A stretch of 64,000 nucleotides of DNA from an uncultured delta proteobacterium (GCA_963745265.1 CAVUXQ010000034.1:41560-105559); one strand, 5' to 3'. Positions 41,767 to 51,746 are shown, counted from the stretch's first letter. The notes: generated by a model not told the origin, from the letters alone. Translations and numbers: made by a program.

Positions 41767-42479
41767 GCGAGCCGATACGACTCCAGAAATTCCTCGCCAA
41801 CTGCGGCCTTGCCTCCCGACGCAAGGCCGAGGAGATGATCCTGGCCGGCCGCATCAGGGTGGACGGTCAAATTGTCACCACCCTGGGCGTAAAAGTCGAT
41901 GCCGGTCGCCAGAAGGTGGAATGCGACGGCAAACAGGTCGCGCCAGAAGCCAAGCTCTACTATGTGCTGCTCAACAAGCCCAGAGGATATGTGACCACCC
42001 TCTCCGACCCCCAGGGACGCCCGGTGGTCGCCTCGCTCGTAAAAGACATTCCGGTACGTTTGTTTCCGGTAGGCCGTCTGGATTTGGATACCGAAGGCGC
42101 CCTTATCCTTACAAACGACGGAAGCCTCGCCCAGAAAATTCAGCATCCCAGTCACGAAACCAATAAAACGTACGAAGCGCTGATCGCCGGACACCCCGGT
42201 CAATACAAGTTACGGCAGCTGCAACAGGGTATCCCCCTGGAAAATAAGCAAACCGCTCCGGCCCAGATTACCGTCCTCAAGCGCTTCCAACACCAAAGCC
42301 TGGTGCGCATAACTATCCACGAAGGAAGAAAGCGCCAGGTAAGAAAAATGTTTGAGTTTATAGGTAATCCTGTCATTCAGCTGAAAAGGATCGCCTACGG
42401 CAAGCTCTATTTGAAAAATTTGCCGCCCGGGCAGTATAAAATACTTAACCATGGGGATTTAAAAAAAATTTTTTTATAG
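41763..42479 (+). CDS. RsuA/RluB-family pseudouridine synthase (S4 domain + catalytic domain)
   Basis: IRLQKFLANCGLASRRKAEEMILAGRIRVDG (S4) and VGRLDLDTEGALILTNDG (catalytic Asp motif). The ATGA start overlaps the UbiD stop. Confidence 0.85.
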   Translation: MSEPIRLQKFLANCGLASRRKAEEMILAGRIRVDGQIVTTLGVKVDAGRQKVECDGKQVAPEAKLYYVLLNKPRGYVTTLSDPQGRPVVASLVKDIPVRLFPVGRLDLDTEGALILTNDGSLAQKIQHPSHETNKTYEALIAGHPGQYKLRQLQQGIPLENKQTAPAQITVLKRFQHQSLVRITIHEGRKRQVRKMFEFIGNPVIQLKRIAYGKLYLKNLPPGQYKILNHGDLKKIFL

Positions 42480-42531
42480 AAATTCCTTTACAAACACAAA
42501 AATAACTGATTAAATCTAAACAGTTAGGGGT

Positions 42532-42552
42532 AAAAAAGGGCCGCTGCGGCCC
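42532..42552 (-). terminator. Rho-independent terminator (minus strand)
   Basis: Stem gggccg/cggccc with a 3-nt loop, followed on the minus strand by T6 (A6 at 42532..42537). No annotated minus-strand gene ends here. Confidence 0.55.
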
Positions 42553-42778
42553 TGACGTCCACATAACCTCATGTTTTCATACAACATCTTTCTTATTCAC
42601 AGAAAAAGACCGTAATACTTGAACTTATGAACACCAAACGGCCAGAGTCTCCGCTCTGAGCCTCGCGGTACCCCAAAGCGACGCCGAGGAGGCCGTTGGT
42701 CGTGAGTGAGATGTTTTTCCTGTCGGAATGCCGGCTCTTTTCAACCAGAGCGTTGAGCGGATGCATTCCTTGATCAAT

Positions 42779-42808
42779 AAAAAAGCCGGAGAAACGCAGG
42801 CGCTTCTC
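42779..42808 (-). terminator. second terminator-like hairpin (minus strand)
   Basis: The minus strand reads GAGAAGCGC-CUGC-GUUUCUC: 8 bp including one G-U, closing a 4-nt loop (CCUG). It is followed by CGG and U6. Confidence 0.4.
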
Positions 42809-43041
42809 TGATACTCCGTAGCTACCGCTCACGCGGACCTGGTCAAAGTGGGGCGAGCACGAAAAGGGGCCTCATTCAAATCCGATAACCCAGCCTGAGC
42901 AAATAGTGGAGGAGCAGGGAAACGTACGGCTTTTCATATTCCTCTTAACATGTTCAACCCAGATATTCTGAAAAGAGCATGTATTTCGCGCGAATCCCCA
43001 CCGGCGGGGTCACAATCAGACTTCCTGAACAGGAGTATAGT

Positions 43042-43326
43042 ATGAACAAATCAGAACTCATTGAGGCATTGGCGCAAGATATCAATATTCCTCATCGTGA
43101 GGCGGCCGCAATCACAAACACGGTGATTGAGACCATGACGGAGGCGCTGGCAAGGGGAGAGAGTATCGAAATCCGGGGTTTCGGCAGCTTTGTGATAAAA
43201 AAATACGATGCGTATGAAGGCAGAAACCCGAAGACAGGCAAGAAGATCCTGGTAAAGCCAAAAAAGTTGCCCTTTTTCAAAGTCGGCAAGGACCTTCGCG
43301 AGAAGGTGAACAACCATAGGAGATAG
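43042..43326 (+). CDS. ihfB: integration host factor beta-like DNA-binding protein
   Basis: MNKSELIEALAQDINIPHREAAAITNTVIETMTEALARGESIEIRGFGSFVIKKYDAYEGRNPKTGKKILVKPKKLPFFKVGKDLREKVN. AGGAG lies 6 nt upstream of the ATG. Confidence 0.7.
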   Translation: MNKSELIEALAQDINIPHREAAAITNTVIETMTEALARGESIEIRGFGSFVIKKYDAYEGRNPKTGKKILVKPKKLPFFKVGKDLREKVNNHRR

Positions 43327-43517
43327 CCTCGCCACACTGCCAATCAGTGTGGGGGCACGCTCTCCAGAAAGATGCTTTTCTGCATACAGCGCTGTCGACC
43401 GAGCATGCCGCTGTATGCAGAAGACCTCTGGAGTTCTTTCCACAGAGTGAGTTCCCCTTCTCGCAGCAATAACCCCATCCTGCAACAAAAGTCGCACTGC
43501 ACCCTCGCATCCGGGCT

Positions 43518-44882
43518 CTATACGATACCACCGATAAGGTCATACACCTGCGATTCGGTGATTCGCACAGTAACGAACTGCCCTGCCGTGGCAATACCGT
43601 CGTTGATGTAAACGCACCCGTCCACATCAGGCGCCTGAAACCTCGTCCTGCCCTCGAGCAGGAGGTCGGTTTCGCGACTCACCCCTTCCACCAACACCTG
43701 CTCCTCTCTGCCCACATATTTCTGCTGAATCTGACTCGAAATGCCAGCCTGGAGTTCAAGAATTCTCTCACGCCGCGCCATCTTTTCTTGCTCCGAACAC
43801 TGGTCGGGATAACGTTCGGAAGGACTTCCTTCCTCGTTGGCATAGGGGAAAACTCCAACGTGATCCAGCCGTGCTTCGGTTAGAAACTGTTGTACTTGGT
43901 CAATATCCTCTTCGAGCTCTCCGGGAAAACCGACGAGCAGAGTTGTACGCAAGGCCACCTCGGGCAGGTACCCGCGGACCGTGTTTATGAGCCTGTGCAT
44001 GTCGTCGTACCCATAGCGACGATTCATGGACTTGAGCACTCGGCTGCTCACATGCTGGAGAGGAATATCGAGATAGGGTACAATTCGCTTGTTGGCCGCC
44101 ATGAGTTCAAGCAGCCGCTCGTCTATGCCGGTGGGATAGAGGTAGAGTAGACGAATCCAAGGGATGGCAGTCTCGGCAAGCAGGCGGGAAAGCAACGACA
44201 CCAGATCCGTATCCCGCCCCAGATCCGTTCCATAGGCTGTGATATCCTGCCCGATGACGGAAAGCTCACGCACACCCATGCCTTCGAGCCGGATCGCCTC
44301 TCGAACCAGATCATCCGTGCTTCTGCTGCGTAGACCACCCCGAATGGAAGGGATCATACAATAGGAACACCGGTTGTCACACCCCTCGGTTATCTTGAAC
44401 CAGGCACGAAATGATGGCGTAGTAAGCGTTCGCGGGGTGCTGCTATCCATGAGGAATCTTGGGGGGAGCTGGACCTCGGGCTGCTTTTTGTTTGCGAAAA
44501 GGGCTGCAACCCGCTGCGCCATGGTATGGCATCCTTCGGTCCCCACAAACAAGTCAACCTCAGGCAGTTCTGCAAGCAGCGAGTCGCCATATCGCTGAAC
44601 CAGACATCCTGCCACCACCAATTTGCACTCCGGCCGCGCCTCTTTATATTGGGCAAGTTCGAGTATCTCCTCGATGGCCTCTTCCACTGCCGGCTGCACG
44701 AAGCCGCAGGTATTGAGCAGCAGCACATCGGCCTCCTGTGGATCTTCGGTAAATTTCCACCCCGCACCGCTTAAATTTCCGATGATCACTTCGGAGTCGA
44801 CCTGATTCTTGGCACAGCCAAGGCTCACCAGGTGGAAAGTATGAGACCGTATTTCATCTAAATTCTGCATTTTCTTCACCAA
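43518..44882 (-). CDS. rimO: ribosomal protein S12 methylthiotransferase RimO
   Basis: MTTase N-terminal domain (FHLVSLGCAKNQVDSE...LLNTCGF), radical SAM motif (CDNRCSYC) and C-terminal TRAM (QFVTVRITESQVYDLIG). Confidence 0.85.
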   Translation of the reverse strand: MVKKMQNLDEIRSHTFHLVSLGCAKNQVDSEVIIGNLSGAGWKFTEDPQEADVLLLNTCGFVQPAVEEAIEEILELAQYKEARPECKLVVAGCLVQRYGDSLLAELPEVDLFVGTEGCHTMAQRVAALFANKKQPEVQLPPRFLMDSSTPRTLTTPSFRAWFKITEGCDNRCSYCMIPSIRGGLRSRSTDDLVREAIRLEGMGVRELSVIGQDITAYGTDLGRDTDLVSLLSRLLAETAIPWIRLLYLYPTGIDERLLELMAANKRIVPYLDIPLQHVSSRVLKSMNRRYGYDDMHRLINTVRGYLPEVALRTTLLVGFPGELEEDIDQVQQFLTEARLDHVGVFPYANEEGSPSERYPDQCSEQEKMARRERILELQAGISSQIQQKYVGREEQVLVEGVSRETDLLLEGRTRFQAPDVDGCVYINDGIATAGQFVTVRITESQVYDLIGGIV

Positions 44883-44912
44883 AAGCGAGGTAAGCTGTCA
44901 CCACACCCCATG

Positions 44913-45638
44913 TTATGCGCCGAACCGACCTGCCACCAGCAACTCCGCCAAGTGACGGCTCTGCCGCCTGAATGTATCGGAGGTGAATCCCGGCCGCCAT
45001 CGCTCTCTATAGAGTTCATCCGAAACCAGAAATACAGCCGCGAACTCGATCTGCCGTAAACTGCACACGGCGCACAATGCAGCATACTCCATATCGACCG
45101 CACGCACTCCTGAGCTTTTTGCCAGCATGGCGAGATGCCTCCTGTCTTCACGGTACACCGCATCTGTCGACCATATATTGGCATTCTGCCATCGATACGG
45201 TGTACTTTCGAGTATACTCGCCAGCTCCGTAAGAAGGTGCGGCGATGGCATCGGTGACTTCTCGCAGACATAGTACCCGCTCGTACCTTCACCACTCACC
45301 GGAGTTGCGCCGAGCACTACATCGCCAATCTGCAATTCGGGATCGACTGCGCCACACCAGCCAAACAGCACCACATACCTCGCTCCCAGGGCGATAAGCT
45401 TCTCCATCGTCATCGCCGCCATCGGGGCGCCGATTGCCGGGCCTGCTACAAAACTGTTGCCGTCCGGAGCCACCGTAAGCTGCGAGTTATAAAGGAATTG
45501 GCTCCTGCCGCCGGCACTTTGCTGTAAACTATGGCCGTGCCGTGCCTCAGCGGGCGTTACCAATAGCACTCCCGAAGCAGGGAGTGCCGGCTCGCGCCGT
45601 CCCCTTTTCGGGTGAATAACAATATGTTCATCCCCCAC
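44913..45638 (-). CDS. PNP_UDP_1-family nucleoside phosphorylase/hydrolase
   Basis: GAPMAAMTMEKLIALGARYVVLFGWCGAVDPELQIGDVV and ...AVDMEYAAL blocks. GTG start. The substrate cannot be told from sequence. Confidence 0.6.
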   Translation of the reverse strand: MGDEHIVIHPKRGRREPALPASGVLLVTPAEARHGHSLQQSAGGRSQFLYNSQLTVAPDGNSFVAGPAIGAPMAAMTMEKLIALGARYVVLFGWCGAVDPELQIGDVVLGATPVSGEGTSGYYVCEKSPMPSPHLLTELASILESTPYRWQNANIWSTDAVYREDRRHLAMLAKSSGVRAVDMEYAALCAVCSLRQIEFAAVFLVSDELYRERWRPGFTSDTFRRQSRHLAELLVAGRFGA

Positions 45639-45683
45639 CGATTCGCCTCCCTGTCAATCGCTCAGATTACCATATATCGCAGC

Positions 45684-45721
45684 AGTTCACCAGCACCCCA
45701 CTAGCCGTTCACCAGGTCAAC
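45684..45721. repeat. family-2 repeat fragments
   Basis: agttcaccagcacccca and cgttcaccaggtcaac lie back to back, downstream of the nucleoside phosphorylase start region. Confidence 0.4.
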
Positions 45722-45736
45722 CTGTTCAACGACAAT

Positions 45737-45769
45737 AAAAAAAGGGGCCGCGGACGAATCCGCGGCCCC
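45737..45769 (-). terminator. Rho-independent terminator after atpE
   Basis: Perfect 11-bp stem ggggccgcgga/tccgcggcccc with loop cgaa, followed on the minus strand by T7. It lies 42 nt after the atpE stop. Confidence 0.8.
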
Positions 45770-45810
45770 TATTCAAGCGTTTTCAGCTATGGTCGAAACG
45801 ATCGTTTCTC

Positions 45811-46080
45811 TCAGCCGATGCCCAGCAGTTTGCCAAATGGGTTGGCATAGAGCAGGATCAGGGAGACAACCAGACCGTAGATGGCAATCGACTCGGCGAG
45901 AGCCATACCAAGAATCATGAAAACCATCAGTTTCGGCTGCACTTCAGGATTGCGGGCCAAACCCAGACAGGCACCCTCACCAACGGAACCGATACCGATA
46001 CCAGCACCCAGTCCAGCCAGACCGATAGAAAGAGCGGCACCAATACAAACCAGCGCTAACTGCATGTTGTGTCCATCCAT
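45811..46080 (-). CDS. atpE: Fo ATP synthase c subunit
   Basis: 89-aa hairpin with GLAGLGAGIGIG...ARNPE...ALAESIAIYGLVV. Confidence 0.95.
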   Translation of the reverse strand: MDGHNMQLALVCIGAALSIGLAGLGAGIGIGSVGEGACLGLARNPEVQPKLMVFMILGMALAESIAIYGLVVSLILLYANPFGKLLGIG

Positions 46081-46206
46081 GTTTTCTTCTCCTTAAAGAT
46101 GATGTTAAGTTGTTGGCCTTCTTCTTTTATACTGCAATCTGCAAAGGGCTTTTAGCTCACAGCCCTGTATGTGTATGTCGTGCTTTCAACTCGCTTGGTG
46201 CGCTTA

Positions 46207-46926
46207 TCAATGCGCGTGCTCTTCTGCCTGAGCAATGTAAATGACGGACAGAAGGACGAAAACCATGGCCTGAACCAGAGCGACCAGTACGCCGAGGACC
46301 ATGATCGGCAGCGGTGCGAAAAACGCCCCGGCCAGCATGAAGAGAATCGCCAGCAAGGTCTCCTTGGCCATGATGTTGCCGAAAAGTCGAACGGAGAGAG
46401 AAACGATACGGGCAATGTTACTGATAAGCTCGATAGGCAGCATCAGCGGCACCAGCCATTTCATCGGCCCCATGAAGTGTTTATAATAGCGCACACCATG
46501 CGTCCGGATACCGACTATGTGGTGGGTAACCCAGACGATGAGGGTGCAGGCAAGCGTAGTGTTGAGGCTTGCGGTGGGAGACATGAAACCCGGGAGCAAC
46601 CCCATCAGGTTGGAAACCGCGATGTAGAGAGAAAATGTGGCGAGCATCGGGAAAAACTTGTCTGCCGCTTCCCTACCCATGTTCTCGACAAAAAAATCGT
46701 CCAGCATGCCGATCAACGCTTCCCAGAAATTTTGCCCCCCGCCCGGCACCATCTCAAGATTCCCCAGGGTCAACTTGGGAACGATGAACAGGAAGGCCAT
46801 GACCAGCCACGTGTAGGTCATATACGGCTCGCACAATTTAGCCAGAAACGTATGCCCGACATAATCGTGCGGGACTGGCAGACCCAACTTTTGAAGGATG
46901 AACGAAATAAATAAGATCGGTTCCAT
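46207..46926 (-). CDS. atpB: Fo ATP synthase a subunit
   Basis: 239-aa polytopic protein with LSVRLFGNIMAKE (essential Arg helix) and LVQAMVFVLLSVIY. Confidence 0.95.
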   Translation of the reverse strand: MEPILFISFILQKLGLPVPHDYVGHTFLAKLCEPYMTYTWLVMAFLFIVPKLTLGNLEMVPGGGQNFWEALIGMLDDFFVENMGREAADKFFPMLATFSLYIAVSNLMGLLPGFMSPTASLNTTLACTLIVWVTHHIVGIRTHGVRYYKHFMGPMKWLVPLMLPIELISNIARIVSLSVRLFGNIMAKETLLAILFMLAGAFFAPLPIMVLGVLVALVQAMVFVLLSVIYIAQAEEHAH

Positions 46927-46934
46927 AACTTCTT

Positions 46935-47360
46935 TTACCTCCTCCCACTGAAGTAATAGTGCCTAACCGCATTCAACGCCGTGAATGTGATCGTGAACAC
47001 TATCGTTGACAACCCCAAAACTAAGCCCAAGGCGTTGACCGTCCCGCTCTTGATCAAGAGCAGGAGGACAACACCAATAATTGCAATACGTATCCAGAAT
47101 TTCAGCAGGTAGCCGCCCTTGTTGAACGTTCTTCCACCTGCCGTGTTCCCGTCCTCGGTCCCCGGCGCAGTCATCGTATCGACGAGACGCCTGACATCGC
47201 GGTATGAGGCCCAAAAGCTCCCCATCGAAACCAACCCGCCGGCAAAAATCGACCAGGCAACGTTGCTGGAGAAAAGAAACCACCCGGCGGCAGTCAGCAC
47301 CACCAGATAGAGCCCGCCGGCCACTTGCATTTTCTGCAAGGAGATAAAATCATCAACCAC
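46935..47360 (-). CDS. atpI: ATP synthase protein I-like membrane protein
   Basis: 141-aa protein with 4 TM helices, immediately upstream of atpB. The call rests on position and topology. Confidence 0.55.
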   Translation of the reverse strand: MVDDFISLQKMQVAGGLYLVVLTAAGWFLFSSNVAWSIFAGGLVSMGSFWASYRDVRRLVDTMTAPGTEDGNTAGGRTFNKGGYLLKFWIRIAIIGVVLLLLIKSGTVNALGLVLGLSTIVFTITFTALNAVRHYYFSGRR

Positions 47361-47634
47361 TGTTTCCCCTGCCGTCCGGCTTTTCGTCTCCGTCTTCTTT
47401 CGTGTCGTCGTTACCCTTGCTCTTCCAAAGGATTTCCAGCAGGTTCTTGAAACCCGCCACTATGCCGAAGGCCAGGCCGATAAAGGTAAACCACGGAGCG
47501 GTGCGACCGTGAAAGATTTTCTGGTCCACAAAAATACCGCCCCCAAGACCGATGAAGATGGCAGCCACGAGGGTGATCCCTACATGGCCGTAGTGGGCCA
47601 TCAGCTGGACCATCTCCTTTCTGAATTCCGACAT
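47353..47634 (-). CDS. AtpZ/AtpI-family small membrane protein
   Basis: 93-aa protein with two TM helices (GHVGITLVAAIFIGLGGGIFVD...WFTFIGLAFGIVAGF). It is the first gene of the atpZIBE block. Confidence 0.6.
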   Translation of the reverse strand: MSEFRKEMVQLMAHYGHVGITLVAAIFIGLGGGIFVDQKIFHGRTAPWFTFIGLAFGIVAGFKNLLEILWKSKGNDDTKEDGDEKPDGRGNSG

Positions 47635-47723
47635 CTCGACTCCTCCTTGCTACCGAGAGGACAAATCGGTCACAATATAAGTGGGTTTGGTAGCATGCCT
47701 CTATGCCAAAGTCAACGAATTTT

Positions 47724-49015
47724 TCACTTTTCCAGCAACTTTTTGAATGACCATTCAGTCAGCGCCAGCGTCTTCTCGAGATCTTTTCCGCTATGGGCCG
47801 CAGAAATAAAAGCCACTTCGAACTGAGACGGTGCGAGGTTCACCCCTTTCGACAGCATTTGCCTGTAATGACAAGCATAATGATCGGTGTTCGATGTCAT
47901 CGCCGAATGAAAATCGACAACTTCACTGTTGGTGAAAAAGCAGGTCATCATTGAACCCACACGATTGAGGCTGACCGCTACCCCTGTTCGCCGGGCAATC
48001 TCTTCGAGTTGCTGGGCATAACCGGCTGCTTTGGCCTCCAGAAGGCTGTAGAAATCACTTTGCCTCAGCTGTTTCAAGGTGGCAATGCCGGCGGCCATGG
48101 CCAGCGGATTCCCCGATAACGTCCCCGCCTGATACACCGGGCCATCCGGGGCTATGCAATCCATGATTTCCGCCTTGCCGCCATATGCCCCGACCGGCAA
48201 CCCACCGCCGATTATTTTGCCGAGACAGGTGAGATCGGGAAGAACACCGAAATATTCCTGAGCCCCACCGTAGGCTAGCCGAAACCCCGTGATCACCTCA
48301 TCGAAGATGAGGACAATACCGAGTTCGGCGGTAAGTTCCCGGAGCTTGGCCAGAAACCCTGGCGCCGGCGGTACGCACCCCATATTGCCGGCCACGGGTT
48401 CAATAATCACGCAGGCGATGTCCAGATTTTCATCCCGCAAGGTTTTCTCGAGAATCACCGGATCGTTGTAGGGAATGGACACGGTATTTTTGACAATATC
48501 TTCCGGAACCCCGGGACTGCCGGGGATACCAAGGGTCAGCACTCCCGAGCCTGCCTTGACCAGAAAGGAATCGGCGTGTCCATGGTAGCAACCGTTGAAT
48601 TTACCACCACCTTTTTCCCCGTGTAGCCCCGCGCCAGCCTGACCGCACTCATGGTCGCTTCGGTACCCGAATTGACGAACCTGACCTTTTCCAGCGAGGG
48701 CAGCGCTTCCACCACCATCTCGGCCAACTCTATTTCTTTCGGCGAGGATGCGCCAAAACTCGTCCCGAGGGCGGCAGCCTCAGTGACAGCGCGTAAAATC
48801 AAGGGGTTGGCATGACCAAGAATCATCGGCCCCCACGATCCGATGAAGTCAATATATTCGTTGCCATCGACATCATAAACCATGGCGCCGCGGGCCCGTT
48901 CGATAAAAATCGGGTCGCAACCCACCGATCTGCAGGCGCGCACCGGACTGTTGACCCCGCCTGGAATGACGTTTCGTGCTTTTTCAAAGAGACGTTTCGA
49001 CGTAGCAGTATTCAT
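47724..49015 (-). pseudogene. hemL: glutamate-1-semialdehyde 2,1-aminomutase, one frameshift near 48595-48610
   Basis: ORF 48536..49129 contains [27 protein letters not shown]...[19 protein letters not shown]. The next frame reads [33 protein letters not shown]... through to the end (ORF 47724..48542). Confidence 0.9.
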
Positions 49016-49302
49016 GGATTTCCTCTTCGGGAGAATGTGCTGCGAATTCATAGACAGGCGCGGAGTATAGCATGAGGCTGTTTTTGTTGTCAAACTCCGT
49101 TCGCCTTGATTTTTATCGTATTCATGCAAAGATTACAAAACTGCATCAGAGAGGCAACGGAGCTCGCCGCGGCAGGGACAACATTTTGCTTGTCTCCTCC
49201 TGGAGCAGCAGGTAAACTGTGCGGGAAACTTATATTTTCCTGCAATTCATCAGTACGGCGACCTCCGACACTTTACAAACATCATTTTCAAAGGAGCAGA
49301 TA

Positions 49303-49629
49303 ATGGCAAACGATAAAGTCCAACAGGTAAATGATGCCGATTTCGATACACTTATCAGTTCAGAGCAGCCGACACTGGTGGATTTCTGGGCCCCATGGTG
49401 CGGCCCCTGCAAGGCAATCGGCCCGGTCGTTGAAGACCTGGCAGAAGAATACACTGGAAAAGTCACTGTTGCCAAGATGAACGTGGACGACAATCCGGTA
49501 ACCCCCGGCAAATTCGGTATCCGTGCAATTCCCACCTTGATTTTGTTCAAAAAAGGCGAAGTCGTCGACCAGATTACCGGAGCAGTCGGCAAGGCGCAAT
49601 TGGTGGATCTGATCAATAAGGGCCTCTAA
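49303..49629 (+). CDS. trxA: thioredoxin
   Basis: VDFWAPWCGPCKAIGP active site. AAGGAG lies 6 nt upstream of the ATG at 49303. Confidence 0.95.
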   Translation: MANDKVQQVNDADFDTLISSEQPTLVDFWAPWCGPCKAIGPVVEDLAEEYTGKVTVAKMNVDDNPVTPGKFGIRAIPTLILFKKGEVVDQITGAVGKAQLVDLINKGL

Positions 49630-49732
49630 AGCTGCGAAAGTCTATCGCGCTGCCTTCGACCCATCGGCTTCGATGCGCAAAGCCAGAACAGAAGGCGGCG
49701 CTTTCTCTTTTTTAACCCTCTTGAGGGAAGCC

Positions 49733-50686
49733 ATGCGAAAAGACCACTACGAACTCGTCATTCTCGGAGGGGGACCGGCTGGTCTGTCGGCCGGACTCTA
49801 CGCGGCCAGAGCGCGACTTGACCATGCGCTCATCGAGCTGGGAGCCCCAGGGGGACAGGTTCTGTCCACGGACTGGGTCGACAACTATCCCGGATTTCCT
49901 GAAGGTATTTCTGGTTTCGACTTGGCCGAGAGGATGACCAAACATGCCAAGCGCTTCGAGGTCAATATCGAAAATGCCGAGGTGGTGCGGATGGACCTCA
50001 GCGATGAGGACAACAAAACGCTGCATCTCGCCGATGGTCAAACCGTGCATTGCGATACCCTCATTATCTGCACTGGTGCCCGGCCGAACACACTCAACGT
50101 CCCGGGCGAAGCAGCGCTACGCGGCAAAGGTGTCTCGTACTGCGGAACCTGCGACGCCCCCTTTTACCGAAATATGCGGGTGGCGGTCGTCGGGGGTGGA
50201 GACACCGCGGTCGAGGAGGCCGATTACCTGACCAGATTCGCCAGCAAGGTGACCATTATTCACCGTCGCGATCAACTCAGAGCCACAAAAATTATTCAAG
50301 AGATCGCCTTTGCCAATGACAAGATCGATTTCATCTGGAATAGCAAAGTAACCGCCATCGAGGGCGAAAACAGCGTCCAGCGGCTGCAATTAGTCGACAA
50401 TGACGGCGATACCTCGACCCTGGAGGTCGACGGCATCTTCGTTCTCATCGGCATCACCCCCAACAACAGTTGCCTGCCGCTCGATCTCCTCAAAGCAGAC
50501 CGGTGGGGCTTTATCCCAGGCGATACCGAATGCCGGACATCGGTGCCCGGAGTCATGGTCGCCGGTGATATACGCAGCAAAAACGTTCGCCAGGTAGTCA
50601 ACGCCGCCGGGGAAGGCGCCGTATCGGTCCTGGCGGCCGAAACCTATCTCAATCTTCTCAAGGAAAGCAAGAAGGTAACCGAATGA
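49733..50686 (+). CDS. trxB: thioredoxin-disulfide reductase
   Basis: ILGGGPAGLSAGLYAAR (FAD), CGTCDAPF (redox CxxC) and VVGGGDTAVEEA (NADPH). Confidence 0.95.
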   Translation: MRKDHYELVILGGGPAGLSAGLYAARARLDHALIELGAPGGQVLSTDWVDNYPGFPEGISGFDLAERMTKHAKRFEVNIENAEVVRMDLSDEDNKTLHLADGQTVHCDTLIICTGARPNTLNVPGEAALRGKGVSYCGTCDAPFYRNMRVAVVGGGDTAVEEADYLTRFASKVTIIHRRDQLRATKIIQEIAFANDKIDFIWNSKVTAIEGENSVQRLQLVDNDGDTSTLEVDGIFVLIGITPNNSCLPLDLLKADRWGFIPGDTECRTSVPGVMVAGDIRSKNVRQVVNAAGEGAVSVLAAETYLNLLKESKKVTE

Positions 50687-51444
50687 AAATCCGCCCTGAA
50701 GACCGCAAGCGATTCCGGACCCACCTGCTGGCCTGGGGCATGGTGCTCCTGCTGCTGTTTACCGGGGGCTGCAGCGGCAAGTTACCAAAGATGCTGGATT
50801 TTTCCAGCGACAAAGGTCCGGATGCCCTGCAGGCGGAAGCCCATAGTCTCGCCACCAAAGGCATGGACGATTACAATGTCGGCAGGTATTTCTCCGCCCT
50901 CAAATATTTCGAGCAGATTCTCGACCAATACCCGTTCAGCTCGGAAGCGACACTGGCGGAACTCAAAGCGGCTGACTGCAATTATTACCAGGGTCACTAT
51001 CAAGAAGCGCTCACCCTCTATAAAAAATTCGAAGAGCGACATCCGACCAACGAGGCCATTGCCTACGTCATGTTTCAGAAGGGAATGGCGGAATATAAGC
51101 GAATCGATCGCATAGACAGGGATACCAGCGGCGCGGTTGAAGCGATCAAATATTTCAATCAACTCCTGCGCGCCTACCCCGACTCCGCCTATACCGAAGA
51201 AGCAAAGCTACGGATCAAAGACGCCCGAGGGTTTCTGGCCAATCATGAATATTTCGTCGCCGATTTTTATGTTCGTACCGAAAAATACCAAGAGGCTGAA
51301 ACGCGACTGAAATACCTTCTGGCCATGTATCCGGATTCCGCCATCGCTCCCAAGGCACAAAAACTGCTCAGCAGCATCGAAGCCGGCAATCCCCCGAAAT
51401 CCACCATTTTCTCGTGGTTTCCCTGGAAGGGTTCCAAACTCTGA
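50683..51444 (+). CDS. bamD: outer membrane protein assembly factor BamD (TPR lipoprotein)
   Basis: Lipobox-like LLFTGGCSG, then TPR repeats with the BamD-typical YPDSAYTEEAKLRI and YLLAMYPDS. The ATGA start overlaps the trxB stop. Confidence 0.8.
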   Translation: MKIRPEDRKRFRTHLLAWGMVLLLLFTGGCSGKLPKMLDFSSDKGPDALQAEAHSLATKGMDDYNVGRYFSALKYFEQILDQYPFSSEATLAELKAADCNYYQGHYQEALTLYKKFEERHPTNEAIAYVMFQKGMAEYKRIDRIDRDTSGAVEAIKYFNQLLRAYPDSAYTEEAKLRIKDARGFLANHEYFVADFYVRTEKYQEAETRLKYLLAMYPDSAIAPKAQKLLSSIEAGNPPKSTIFSWFPWKGSKL

Positions 51445-51530
51445 GCACCTTCCAGTCAAGGGATCAACTCCAGTTGTCCACGCGCCCTGTCGTTTTCTTT
51501 CGCCGGGCGCAAATTCTCACCTTACTCTCC

Positions 51531-51679
51531 CTAGGAGGCTATCGGATTATAGGCATTTTTTCTCAGATCGAGGCGAAGTCGAAAAAATTACCGGAGGCAT
51601 ATACTCAATATTCCGAGGATAATTTTTCCGAGTTTAACGAAGATATGGGGGAAAAGGGCATAATCCGACAGGCTCCTAG
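51531..51679 (+). repeat. 149-bp MITE-like element, family 1, copy B
   Basis: ctaggaggctatcggattat...ataatccgacaggctcctag. Full length with a handful of substitutions. It lies between the convergent bamD and NIL-ferredoxin genes. Confidence 0.8.
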
Positions 51680-51746
51680 GCGGAGGAGCATGGGTTCATC
51701 CACTATGCTCCCCTTCGATGCATCCTGAAACAGCTCGAAGAGCGTT

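Noticed and set aside
42593-42832. 79-aa minus-strand ORF in the rluB-ihfB spacer
   Set aside because: It has no SD and no recognisable domain. It spans an internal terminator-like hairpin, so it is more likely non-coding.
42815-42850. SRP (4.5S) RNA-like motif on the minus strand: CCAGGUCCGC-GUGA-GCGGUAGC resembles the domain IV GNRA hairpin context
   Set aside because: The duplicated CAGG / symmetric-loop arrangement of true SRP RNA is missing, the closing pair is U-U, and I could not pair a 5' arm with a 3' arm to form the long hairpin.
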